IMG/VR virus record: IMGVR_UViG_3300039106_000282
Span: 791 to 64,790 of that record
Reading direction: 5' to 3' (one strand)
Length of the DNA stretch: 64,000 nt
From: a virus
Lineage: Duplodnaviria > Caudoviricetes
The notes beneath the pieces are model-generated. The model did no database searches. It was not told the origin of the DNA and saw nothing but the letters and a program-made list of their open reading frames with translations. Shown here piece after piece: positions 37,921-46,580 of the stretch (the first letter of the stretch is position 1; every line of letters starts with the position of its first letter). The position numbers and the translations under genes are program-made.

Positions 37921-38678
37921 CGCACAAACTTCCCATATATGGTTGTACCTGCATCACGAGTCCAAAGTAAGCACCAGTCTGTACCCGATGTTTGCAAAGT
38001 CACACCGTTAGATGAGAATGTTGTCGTTGTTGCGCCAGTAGAGGTAATCCAGTTAATCGTTGGCCATGTAATCGTACCTGCCGCACCTAAATTAACCCCT
38101 TCAATTAACAGCTCACCTAAGTTACCCGATGGCGGCCAGTTTGTAATTGAGAGTGTAGGACTGCTTGATGCCGTTGGTGCCCAGCGTTGCTGAGAGCCAT
38201 TAGTATAATTTAAAGCCGCTGTGGTACTGCTGTTGTAATAAACCCAGCCAGTATCTTTATACATCGTTCGAGTCAGTAAATAGTCACCGCCCGTTAAGTC
38301 ACCACCTAATGTCATTGCACTTACTGTCGCAATGGTGGTTGTTCCTGTAAATGTAGGACTTGCAATAGGTACTGTTACTTGTGATGGAAGTGTCACAAAT
38401 ACATCTTTAACCCCAGCAGTGAACGTAACCAAACTACCTGAGTTACTAGATGAATACACCGTTGTTCGCGCTAAGGTATTACCCGATGAGCTATAAGTGC
38501 CAAGACCTACTTCCCAGTTAGGACCACCTTGATCTGCAATTGTATAGTATGTTGTATTACCATTACCAATAGCTGATGAGAAAGCTTGGCAGCCCGTAAC
38601 CGCACCTGCTAATGTAACAGCTCCTGTACCAGTTGTGGTGGATGTCTCTCTAACTCTATCAGCTATTACTAAAGCCAT
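37917..38678 (-). CDS. tail fibre-like protein
   Basis: MALVIADRVRETSTTTGTG...WEVGLGTY...KDVFVT, a conserved fibre N-terminus. Confidence 0.75.
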   Translation of the reverse strand: MALVIADRVRETSTTTGTGAVTLAGAVTGCQAFSSAIGNGNTTYYTIADQGGPNWEVGLGTYSSSGNTLARTTVYSSSNSGSLVTFTAGVKDVFVTLPSQVTVPIASPTFTGTTTIATVSAMTLGGDLTGGDYLLTRTMYKDTGWVYYNSSTTAALNYTNGSQQRWAPTASSSPTLSITNWPPSGNLGELLIEGVNLGAAGTITWPTINWITSTGATTTTFSSNGVTLQTSGTDWCLLWTRDAGTTIYGKFVR

Positions 38679-38679
38679 A

Positions 38680-38859
38680 CTATACCTCGACTAAATCGTC
38701 TTCTGAGAACCAGCGTTCTTGCGATACTTTATTTGCGTCAGTCCAAGATACTAAATACTGAATGTCACCTTCTTGATTAACATTCAATGCACTAACTAAA
38801 CCTTGTGGCACAGGACTTACTACTTTAACTTCTTGACCTACTTTAAAACTTGCAGCCAT
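38680..38859 (-). CDS. small SH3-like hypothetical protein (59 aa)
   Basis: MAASFKVGQEVKV...YLVSW...ERWFSEDDL; GGAGA RBS. Confidence 0.65.
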   Translation of the reverse strand: MAASFKVGQEVKVVSPVPQGLVSALNVNQEGDIQYLVSWTDANKVSQERWFSEDDLVEV

Positions 38860-38868
38860 GATAATCTC

Positions 38869-39423
38869 CTAAACGCTTGCAGTGAATGTGACGAGTAGCG
38901 AGTCACCAGAAACAACACTACGGTTACCACCAGTAAAGCTACCTGCTGAATAAAGCACACCCGTTGTTGTAGCGCGTGTTTGAGTTTGGCACATTAAAGC
39001 ACCAGCAATAGTGGCCGTGCCATTGATACTAAAGGTTGTTGAAGTAGATGAAAGTGAGCCAGCAGAAGCAGAACCCCACCCAACCGTAATACGATTAGTA
39101 CCGGAGTATGCTGTACTTTCAGTCCAACCAGCGTGAATTGCTAAAGTATCACCCGCCGCATAAGTAGGTGACGTTGCACCATCAACAAGACCCATATACC
39201 AAGCCGCTGTCCAAGAGGTGCCTTTGAAATACTGAGTTAATAAGTCATTTTTACCTACCGTCACTACTAGATTTTCAATAGCGTCTACCCATTTAGTAGT
39301 ACCATCTAATCCTACGCAAACTACATCGTAGTGACCTTTAACTTTGATTTGTTCCTGCATATCACCAGCGCGAGCAATCTCAGCGCCACTAACGTCAACA
39401 GGATTGATTTTTTCTGATTGCAT
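38869..39423 (-). CDS. virion structural (tail) protein
   Basis: NLVVTVGKN, WYMGL, GWTE, GVLYSAG.F; structural context. Confidence 0.65.
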   Translation of the reverse strand: MQSEKINPVDVSGAEIARAGDMQEQIKVKGHYDVVCVGLDGTTKWVDAIENLVVTVGKNDLLTQYFKGTSWTAAWYMGLVDGATSPTYAAGDTLAIHAGWTESTAYSGTNRITVGWGSASAGSLSSTSTTFSINGTATIAGALMCQTQTRATTTGVLYSAGSFTGGNRSVVSGDSLLVTFTASV

Positions 39424-39432
39424 TATATACCC

Positions 39433-39849
39433 CTAATTAGAAGACCGGATGATGGCAGAAGTTGCCGTATTCGCCGGAAAGGTTATTGTAAAAGTTGAAG
39501 TCGTTGTTTTGTCGCTACCAAAGTCCAGTACAGCTACAGAGCGGTTAGCTTTAGAGCTATTATATATCAACGCGCCGCGTGTCGTGAAACTTGATGTAGG
39601 CCATGAGATATTGTCAAAGCTAATGTATGCAGTCCCATCAGAGGCGTTTACTGTTGGGTTTACTAATGCTTTACCTGTCGCTGTATATCCAGTACCAGAA
39701 ATCTCATCTACAGCCGTATACTCAGTGGTGTTTTGATTAAGCGTAGCATTAGCTGTGTACAGAGCAATTTTAAACGTATCCGTAGTAAAGTTATGGATAG
39801 CCTCGTAAAGCTCTTCTTTAAAGCTGGTTGTTTGGCCTTGTACTATCAT
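39433..39849 (-). CDS. virion structural protein
   Basis: TSFK.EL...FKIALYT...GALIYN...VLDFGSDKT. Confidence 0.7.
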   Translation of the reverse strand: MIVQGQTTSFKEELYEAIHNFTTDTFKIALYTANATLNQNTTEYTAVDEISGTGYTATGKALVNPTVNASDGTAYISFDNISWPTSSFTTRGALIYNSSKANRSVAVLDFGSDKTTTSTFTITFPANTATSAIIRSSN

Positions 39850-40499
39850 CTAACAGGTATCCTTGCTTGACCGTTACGGTATGCATCGCCTCTATCTTTA
39901 CCCGTAGCGAGTGTATTGAGTAGGTTCATTGCTTCTTCGTAGCGTTGACGGTAATTAGTCATGATGTCTGCATCACCTTTTAAAAATGTATACGCCTCTA
40001 AAATAGATCCATACAAAAGTGCAGAGTCGAAGTTTTCACCAAGCCATGTGTCTCCCGCATCTACAATAGACGGCGGGTAATAAAAGTAATGAAGCTCTGT
40101 CTCATACTGCACATCAGGGGTAGGACCTAAAATAAAAGTTAACTCGTTAACATCGTCTGAGCGCGGACCAAATATCGCATAGTATTTAGGTGTGCCATAA
40201 CTTGTTGGGCTTGGATACGCTTCACGAATAAAGTTAACATCCTTATTTAAAAGGTATGTATATTCACCTGATGTTGGGTCAATAACTGCAATAGAGTACG
40301 CTGATAAAAAATCATTAGGGCATTGCAGGTATTTATTGTGTAGCGTAATCACGCCCGTGACGTTTTTACGTAGGTCTGGGAGCTGTATAGAATTGTAAAT
40401 CCGCTGCTCTGCTTCTTTAGTAAAAAGCGCAAGTTGGTCTGAAGAGAACGAGTTCTCTACGTAATCCTGTATGGCTGTACAAAGCTCCAAATACGTCAT
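39846..40499 (-). CDS. tail tubular protein A/head-tail adaptor-like protein
   Basis: MTYLEL..AIQDY, AEQRI, PKYYA, LGPTPD, LLYGS. Confidence 0.7.
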   Translation of the reverse strand: MTYLELCTAIQDYVENSFSSDQLALFTKEAEQRIYNSIQLPDLRKNVTGVITLHNKYLQCPNDFLSAYSIAVIDPTSGEYTYLLNKDVNFIREAYPSPTSYGTPKYYAIFGPRSDDVNELTFILGPTPDVQYETELHYFYYPPSIVDAGDTWLGENFDSALLYGSILEAYTFLKGDADIMTNYRQRYEEAMNLLNTLATGKDRGDAYRNGQARIPVR

Positions 40500-40501
40500 T
40501 G

Positions 40502-40639
40502 TTATGCCATCGGTCCGCGTGCGATTTTGCCTTTCGTTGCAGCGCCATTACCACGAGTTTTAACACCAGACGTTTTAATGCCTGTTTGTGGGTAGCCTGC
40601 TACTTTAGGGGTAGGTTCTGTTTTAATTTTGCCTGACAT
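40502..40639 (-). CDS. 45-aa basic protein with RGNGAATKG motif
   Basis: Read from sequence: MSGKIKTEPTPKVAGYPQTGIKTSGVKTRGNGAATKGKIARGPMA*. Confidence 0.65.
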   Translation of the reverse strand: MSGKIKTEPTPKVAGYPQTGIKTSGVKTRGNGAATKGKIARGPMA

Positions 40640-40648
40640 AGTCGTTCT

Positions 40649-41035
40649 CTAAGTTGTGATTGAAACAGTGCCAACAGAAGTTTTGGCAACAAGGTAATTA
40701 GGTGTAAGTACGGCATCAAACTGTGAAGCGCCACCAACTGGTGCCCAACCCCACTGAAATACACGACTTCCGTCTTCTGGGTATTGTAACGTATTTAAGC
40801 CCGATTGATAATAACTTGTATCAGGGCGCGGGTTACGCAATGCCTGTGGGTCATACACAGGGTAAAGCCCAAGAAGTAACTGTGGGTGGTCAGGGTCCCA
40901 ACACGAAGGGCAGACTAAGATATTAGTTACTTTAGTCTTAATCGTTAATTTCTTAAGGTCTTTTAACTGAAACCTTTGAGAGCACCTATCGCAAAATCCG
41001 TGGGCCCATTTACCTGAAGAGTATTTAACTGACAT
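40649..41035 (-). CDS. zinc-binding virion morphogenesis protein
   Basis: CDRC...CPSCWDPDHPQL...DPQALRNPRPD. Confidence 0.7.
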   Translation of the reverse strand: MSVKYSSGKWAHGFCDRCSQRFQLKDLKKLTIKTKVTNILVCPSCWDPDHPQLLLGLYPVYDPQALRNPRPDTSYYQSGLNTLQYPEDGSRVFQWGWAPVGGASQFDAVLTPNYLVAKTSVGTVSITT

Positions 41036-41037
41036 AA

Positions 41038-41772
41038 CTAAACGTGCATAATCCGTGGAACAAACCGGTCACTTGCTTTCTCTCTGTCTTCTGACATGGC
41101 TAAGTCTAATTGTTGCTCATAGTCACCTTTAAGCATTTGAATACGGTTAGGGTCTGTGCCAGCAATCTTCATACTAAGATAAAAAGCTAATCCTGCTACC
41201 ATCGCGTTCAATAAACGGAACGGGATATCTTGTGTGTTTACTCCATTGCCTGCATCTTGGATTCTGCGTAAGCGCCAGTAGATGAAATAATAATACGGAG
41301 ATTCTGCTGTACCTTGGTCTGGTGTAGGCCATATATTAATCTGTGGGTTTTTAGTAACCGTAGTTGCACCGTCAGGGTAAGTTGCTCCTGTACGGCGGTT
41401 TATCCATACTTGAATAGGTCTACCGTGTGCATTCTTATTAGGGATGGTAGAGTAAGTTGACTCAGAAATACGAGAAATATTAATGTCTACTTGGTTTTGC
41501 CCTGTGCCTGTACGCACTACATGGTCGAGTAAATCAATTGTATCTACAGGTAAGTCATAAGCAATTAGGTCGGGTACAAGCGGAATAACGCCTTGCTCAA
41601 TCGTCCATAAATTAATACCACGATTTGCCCATTCTATGGTTAGAAGGTTTAGAGAACGTCTAGCTGTGCGCATATCGTAACCGCTGCGAAGCTCTTGTCC
41701 GCAGCGCTCAAACGCCTCCTCTACGAGGTCACCTAAATCAAGGTTAAAGTTTGCTGTACCCGATGTAGTCAT
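41038..41772 (-). CDS. head completion/adaptor protein
   Basis: EEAFERCG, ARRSLNL...WANRG.NLW, IPNK...GRP, WPTPD, GLAFY. Confidence 0.7.
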   Translation of the reverse strand: MTTSGTANFNLDLGDLVEEAFERCGQELRSGYDMRTARRSLNLLTIEWANRGINLWTIEQGVIPLVPDLIAYDLPVDTIDLLDHVVRTGTGQNQVDINISRISESTYSTIPNKNAHGRPIQVWINRRTGATYPDGATTVTKNPQINIWPTPDQGTAESPYYYFIYWRLRRIQDAGNGVNTQDIPFRLLNAMVAGLAFYLSMKIAGTDPNRIQMLKGDYEQQLDLAMSEDREKASDRFVPRIMHV

Positions 41773-41840
41773 TATTTTTTACCTTTTCGTCCAGGGAGCT
41801 TTTTAGGGTTAACTGCCCCCATACCTCTGCAGGGTCTCAT
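41772..41840 (-). CDS. 22-aa basic micropeptide
   Basis: MRPCRGMGAVNPKKLPGRKGKK*; overlaps both neighbours and fills the gap exactly. Confidence 0.45.
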   Translation of the reverse strand: MRPCRGMGAVNPKKLPGRKGKK

Positions 41841-42688
41841 AGGTATTTACCCTTTGTATGACCTTTAGTTGCACAACCATCACCACGTTTAGAAGCCGAT
41901 GTACGTGATACATTACCACCCGATACAAACTTTCTAGCCGGTACTTTCTTAACAGGTTTAGGTGGACGTTTAGTCATGCCGCCTTTTTTCATGTTTTCCG
42001 TAGCTTCAGTTTTAGTACGAGCATTTTCATCTTCTGCAGATTTTTCTAACCCAGCTTTATTATACAAATCACCTGATTCATACTGACTACGCATACTCTC
42101 AATAGCTGCTCTAGCGCGATCACCTTCAGTAGGACCTTTAGGTTTTGAAACCACTGTAGTTTGTTTTTTAACTACTGCAACAGGTTCATCTTTTTTAGCA
42201 GGTTTAGAGGGTTCAGGTGTTTTTTGCGTACCATACATAGCCTCTCTATTTGCTGCACGGGATTTAACTGTGTCGGTAGAACTATCTTGGTCTTGTTTAA
42301 ATGCACCACGTTTAACCATCTCTGCAGATTCTTTATTAGATAAAGATGCATCGCCTAATTCTGAAGGTTCTAATGCACCTGTAACAATTGGAAACGCTCT
42401 ACCAGCCAATCTTGCTGCTCTACCTACTGTTTTTCCAACATCAACACCAGACTTTCCAGCTTTTACAGCTAATTCAGATGTAGGGCGTTTAATAATATTA
42501 TTACCGCTAGCAGTATCAACTTTAGGGGTGTTAACTTTAACTGGATAATTTCCCCCTGCTTCAGCTGTTTCTAAAGTACGGGTAATCTGTCTAGGTTTAG
42601 ATTTAAGCTGTCTACTAGGCTCTTTGTCTTCTGGTGCTGCAGCTGCTACTGGGCTGCCCCCACCTCTAAAACGTTTTACTTTTGCCAT
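41837..42688 (-). CDS. basic low-complexity virion-associated protein
   Basis: FRGGG, MKKGG, FVSGG motifs; C-terminal RGDGCATKGHTKGK. Confidence 0.7.
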   Translation of the reverse strand: MAKVKRFRGGGSPVAAAAPEDKEPSRQLKSKPRQITRTLETAEAGGNYPVKVNTPKVDTASGNNIIKRPTSELAVKAGKSGVDVGKTVGRAARLAGRAFPIVTGALEPSELGDASLSNKESAEMVKRGAFKQDQDSSTDTVKSRAANREAMYGTQKTPEPSKPAKKDEPVAVVKKQTTVVSKPKGPTEGDRARAAIESMRSQYESGDLYNKAGLEKSAEDENARTKTEATENMKKGGMTKRPPKPVKKVPARKFVSGGNVSRTSASKRGDGCATKGHTKGKYL

Positions 42689-42697
42689 GACAACCCC

Positions 42698-43153
42698 CTA
42701 GACCATTTTACCTTTAGTGTGACCTTTAGTTGCTACACCGTCTGCACGAGTAACACCGCCTTTAGCATAGCAAGAGCCGCCCATTGCCATTTGTTTACCT
42801 TTAGTGTGGCCTTTAGTTACGCAACCATCACCGCGAGTAACACCGCCTTTAGCCATACATTTACCACCTTTCTTCATCTTTTTTTCGCTTTCCTCACCTT
42901 TAGCATATTGCTGAGGAGTAAGTTTGCCGGACTTAATAGCTTTGCCTTCTTTTAGCTCTTCGCTATAAGTTTCTCTACCTTTAAATAACTTTTTTAGATT
43001 AGCCACATTGCCACCTTCTTTAAATTTTTTGCCTTTGTCGGCTTGATTAAACTCTTTAGCTACACTTACTGGTATACCCGCTTTCTTTGCAAAGCTAGGG
43101 TTGTGAGAGGCAGCTGCCATAAATTTTTTCTGTTTGAGTGATGTACTAGGCAC
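42698..43153 (-). CDS. small Lys/Gly-rich basic protein
   Basis: MPSTS.KQ..FMAAA.HNP.FAKK.GIP; repeated AKGGVTR(G/A)DG..TKGHTKGK. Confidence 0.75.
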   Translation of the reverse strand: MPSTSLKQKKFMAAASHNPSFAKKAGIPVSVAKEFNQADKGKKFKEGGNVANLKKLFKGRETYSEELKEGKAIKSGKLTPQQYAKGEESEKKMKKGGKCMAKGGVTRGDGCVTKGHTKGKQMAMGGSCYAKGGVTRADGVATKGHTKGKMV

Positions 43154-43421
43154 CGCAGTTCCACCGTTTTAAAGAGGCTGCTTTGCGTGTAGGCTTACCA
43201 TTCTCGTCTTTCATAGGTCCTGGAACCCCTGCCATACGGGCACAGAAGGACTTACGTCTCCCTGCATCTTTTTTGGTTTTAGGGTTAGGTGCTGGTGCTT
43301 TTAAGTTAGAGCCGGTAGCCGCATTATATTTTGCACGGCCTTTGGCTGTAAGACCTGCGCCCTTAGAGACGGGAAGTTTCTCACCTCTACCCACTGCTAA
43401 TACTGGAGCTTTCTTTGCCAT
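43146..43421 (-). CDS. small basic conserved phage protein
   Basis: GAGLTAKGRAKYN..TGSNLKAP...RRKSFCARM...SLKRWNC; likely start ATG 43421. Confidence 0.7.
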   Translation of the reverse strand: MAKKAPVLAVGRGEKLPVSKGAGLTAKGRAKYNAATGSNLKAPAPNPKTKKDAGRRKSFCARMAGVPGPMKDENGKPTRKAASLKRWNCGA

Positions 43422-43422
43422 A

Positions 43423-43656
43423 TTATTTACCTGAGAAATGTTCAAATGCCCAGCCTAATACCGAGCCTATTGCTGCACCTAAACCACCCATAACCATTAA
43501 AACTTGCCATCCGCCCTTAGCTTCTGAAAGGGTTTTACCTATTTCAGCAACGGAAGCTTTAAGCTCTTCCATATCTTTAACCAACTTATCCATATCAGTT
43601 TGCAAGTGTTTAATCTCGTTTTCATGAACAGCAAGCTTAATTTGGTCGTCCATCAT
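43423..43656 (-). CDS. coiled-coil protein with C-terminal TM helix
   Basis: Heptads followed by KGGWQVLMVMGGLGAAIGSVLGW. Confidence 0.65.
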   Translation of the reverse strand: MMDDQIKLAVHENEIKHLQTDMDKLVKDMEELKASVAEIGKTLSEAKGGWQVLMVMGGLGAAIGSVLGWAFEHFSGK

Positions 43657-43659
43657 GGC

Positions 43660-43956
43660 TTACCCGTAAAAGATAGTAACTCCAGCAACAGACCCAACAC
43701 TAAGTGTTAAATATATGCCGTTTTGGAATAAGATACCTTCATGTGGAATAGCCACATAAAACGAGTTTGGGTTTGAGTTAGACGGAATGTCCATTTGACA
43801 TAAAATAGTGCCTGTTGCACTACCATCTCTAAACTCATAAGTAGCTGCTGTGCTAACAGCTGGAGCTACTGAAAACCCTTTAAGACGTACTCGGCTACCA
43901 TACATACTACCAGCGACACTTGCGTGCGCACTCTTGACGTCATACTGCATACTCAT
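43660..43956 (-). CDS. virion structural protein
   Basis: RVRLKG...IPHEGILFQNGIY...TIFYG. Confidence 0.65.
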   Translation of the reverse strand: MSMQYDVKSAHASVAGSMYGSRVRLKGFSVAPAVSTAATYEFRDGSATGTILCQMDIPSNSNPNSFYVAIPHEGILFQNGIYLTLSVGSVAGVTIFYG

Positions 43957-44043
43957 AACTAATCTCCTATTTAAAAAGATAGGGCGGAAATGGCGCTCTC
44001 ATTTAAGGTCAAGGTCGCTCAACTCTGACCCCCTAAATATTAA

Positions 44044-44517
44044 TTACGCAGTTTGCGATGTTGGGTTATAAGTACCGTCTGATAAGCGCACCATGTAGGC
44101 AATAACAAGAATGCCAGTACCAGTAGTAAGTGACGTACCACCAACTGTATAAGTCACAATTGCGTCAGTAGAACCCACGTTAGATACAAGCGCCGCTGCA
44201 CCAGTAGTTGCTGCAACCGCAATCGCATTAGTGCCTGCATTAGTAACAGTAGAAGCTGTAGAAATAGCCGTACCGCCAATAGATAGCGTGATTGTAGCGG
44301 CTGAAGAAAACGCTGTTGTAGTGATAAGCTGCATTGCAGTAATAAGAGCACCTGCAGGTAATACCACAGCTTGCGATGAAGATGCATCGCCAAACGCTAC
44401 ATTAGCTGTTTGAGCAACAATAGTTGCGCCCATGTTACGAATAGTACCAGCAGTTGTGCCAGTAGTGTTAGGTACGGTTCCAAGTCTCCAAGGACCAAAG
44501 TGTGATGCTAAACCCAT
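44044..44517 (-). CDS. virion structural/decoration protein
   Basis: GGAGA RBS before ATG 44517 (MGLASHFGPW); A/T/G-rich beta protein with LPAGA motif. Confidence 0.65.
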   Translation of the reverse strand: MGLASHFGPWRLGTVPNTTGTTAGTIRNMGATIVAQTANVAFGDASSSQAVVLPAGALITAMQLITTTAFSSAATITLSIGGTAISTASTVTNAGTNAIAVAATTGAAALVSNVGSTDAIVTYTVGGTSLTTGTGILVIAYMVRLSDGTYNPTSQTA

Positions 44518-44628
44518 TTTAATCTCCAAATACACGTAAGATACGCAGTCTTGTGTAAAGCTTGCTAGGTCAATCTGCGCAAATAATTAAGTTCCTAGAT
44601 ATAGGCTGATAGTACACCAATTGGTTGA

Positions 44629-45534
44629 TTATGCAACTATTTTATTAGCTCCTCTACTCATCTTTTTACGACCCTCTTCAGTTGACCATTTCATCTTCAT
44701 TTCAATACGTTTCTTCTCATTTCTAATAAGTGCTCCGCACTCTGCACAGCCTGACCCTTTTCTAAATTGAGCCGCATATTGAGAGAACTCTCCGTGCGTA
44801 GGACATACACACCCTGTAATTCTATTTAACGCCCCTGTGTAGATGGCATTAGTAAAATCATACTTACTACGCACTTCTTCTGGAAACTTAGCTAGTACCT
44901 CATTTAAAGGGGTATGTTCTTGTGGTCTGGCGTTACGCTTCATAGTCTCTTGAGCTTTACGTAATCCTTCTTCTGTATATACTCTAGGTGCTTTTTTAAC
45001 ACCTTTCTGAGCTTCACTTATTTTAAGTTTTGTCTCATCAGAACGTGTTTTACCCTGCCAGTATTTTGAAGGGTTTGCCATTTTTGCAGTACTGATACGC
45101 TGTTTAGTTTCTTCTGTATGCTTTTTACCAATACGAGGGTCCGGTTGCGCTAACCTAGCTTTCCGCAATACACCCTTTTGGTCTTCAGACATAACTCTAC
45201 CAAAGTTAGGGTGTAACTCCTTAGCTACTCCTCTCCACGGTGCGCCCGATCTAAGTCCATGATTGTAACAGTTTTCGTTACCTACCCATTCAGATAACCA
45301 AACATCTTCAGCTTTTTGTAATTCGTCTATACTACTTACTACTTCTACAACTTCAAAAACAAAACAATCCTCCCCGTATTTGTTCCATGCTGCCTGTAAA
45401 TGAGCGCAGTGATGTTTGCTACTGCGCAGTTTATTTCTGTGTGTTCTAAACCTTTCACGTTTGTTACCTGTGCTTCCAACATAGAACTTTTGGTTAACAA
45501 CATTTCTTATTTTGTAGATTACTGGTACTTTCAT
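44629..45534 (-). CDS. GIY-YIG homing endonuclease with NUMOD3 repeats
   Basis: VIYKIRN..NQKFYVGS...R...H...LQAAWNKYG; GKKHTEETKQRIS, GKTRSDETKLKIS; C-terminal CPTHG...CAEC. Confidence 0.92.
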   Translation of the reverse strand: MKVPVIYKIRNVVNQKFYVGSTGNKRERFRTHRNKLRSSKHHCAHLQAAWNKYGEDCFVFEVVEVVSSIDELQKAEDVWLSEWVGNENCYNHGLRSGAPWRGVAKELHPNFGRVMSEDQKGVLRKARLAQPDPRIGKKHTEETKQRISTAKMANPSKYWQGKTRSDETKLKISEAQKGVKKAPRVYTEEGLRKAQETMKRNARPQEHTPLNEVLAKFPEEVRSKYDFTNAIYTGALNRITGCVCPTHGEFSQYAAQFRKGSGCAECGALIRNEKKRIEMKMKWSTEEGRKKMSRGANKIVA

Positions 45535-45565
45535 TTTAATGTCCGGTGTAAATTTAGTGAAACTT

Positions 45566-45594
45566 ACTATACCACTTACCACACAGCGTGTAAA
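45566..45594 (-). promoter_or_regulatory. sigma70-type promoter for the GIY-YIG gene
   Basis: Minus strand: TTTACA-17 bp-TATAGT. Confidence 0.65.
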
Positions 45595-45604
45595 CATTAA
45601 TAAT

Positions 45605-45630
45605 AAAAAAGGGTCTCCTAAGAGACCCTT
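45605..45630 (-). terminator. Rho-independent terminator after the major capsid gene
   Basis: Minus strand: AAGGGTCTC-TTAG-GAGACCCTT-TTTT. Confidence 0.85.
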
Positions 45631-45655
45631 AATATACCTAAGTAGTTGATTTTAC

Positions 45656-46567
45656 TTAGTTTGAACCAGATGAACCATACATACCTAAGGGATCAGACCA
45701 GCCAAAAGAATAACGTTCACGAGCTTTGTATCTCATGTTCCCAGTATCAAAATCGGAATCTGATGAAGTTACCAATGATTGACGCACAAAATGTTTCAAA
45801 CCGTTTGGTACATCAGTAGTTAAGAACCACGCATTGGTGTCTGTTAAGAAGTTATTAACAGTGTAACCTTCTGGGATAGAACCGTTGTTTTTTAACGCGT
45901 TGATGTCGTTATCGGTTGTGCCTACACGTTGTTCTGTTTCGAGCAAACGAGTTGCAACGAATTGAAGTGCAGGTGGAACAATCAATTTTTTAGGTTTAGC
46001 AGCAATCAACAAACCACGTTCATCAGTCCATTGTGCAATTTGAATAACAGCCGCTTCTAAAGAAGTTTCGTTTAAATCAGCAGGAGTTGATGGGATGTTT
46101 GAGTTTGTGCCGCCAGACACTAATGAGTGTGAAGCTGAAAATAATGCTGAACCGTCACCGCCAGTATAAGCAGAGTTGAAGCCGTTGTTTAAAACAGCCG
46201 CCGCTTTTACTTGTTTGGTGTATGCCATAGCACGAGCCAACGCTTTTGTATAACGAGCAGACAATGAGTCATACAAGTTATCTTCTACAGCTTCTTCAGT
46301 TAATGAGAAACCAAGAGCAATTGTTTCGTGGTTATAACGTGCAGTCCAAGCTTCTTGACCAGCTTCATATTGAATAGCAGAACCCTCGTTTTTAACTGCC
46401 GCTGCAGCAAAACCTGAAAGTTTTGTTTCTTCTTCAAATGAACGCTCAGAAGATTCGATTTCATAAATTTCTTTATGTTGTTCACCGTAGCGTGCGTACT
46501 CTAAACCGAATAACGCGTTAAGGCCCGGTAATAACTCTTTTAATAGCTGTGCTCTAGAAATTGCCAT
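45656..46567 (-). CDS. major capsid protein
   Basis: MAISRAQLLKELLPGLNALFGLEY...HETIALGF...KARERYSFGWSD; downstream of the scaffold and followed by a terminator. Confidence 0.92.
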   Translation of the reverse strand: MAISRAQLLKELLPGLNALFGLEYARYGEQHKEIYEIESSERSFEEETKLSGFAAAAVKNEGSAIQYEAGQEAWTARYNHETIALGFSLTEEAVEDNLYDSLSARYTKALARAMAYTKQVKAAAVLNNGFNSAYTGGDGSALFSASHSLVSGGTNSNIPSTPADLNETSLEAAVIQIAQWTDERGLLIAAKPKKLIVPPALQFVATRLLETEQRVGTTDNDINALKNNGSIPEGYTVNNFLTDTNAWFLTTDVPNGLKHFVRQSLVTSSDSDFDTGNMRYKARERYSFGWSDPLGMYGSSGSN

Positions 46568-46580
46568 TGTTTATTGCTCC

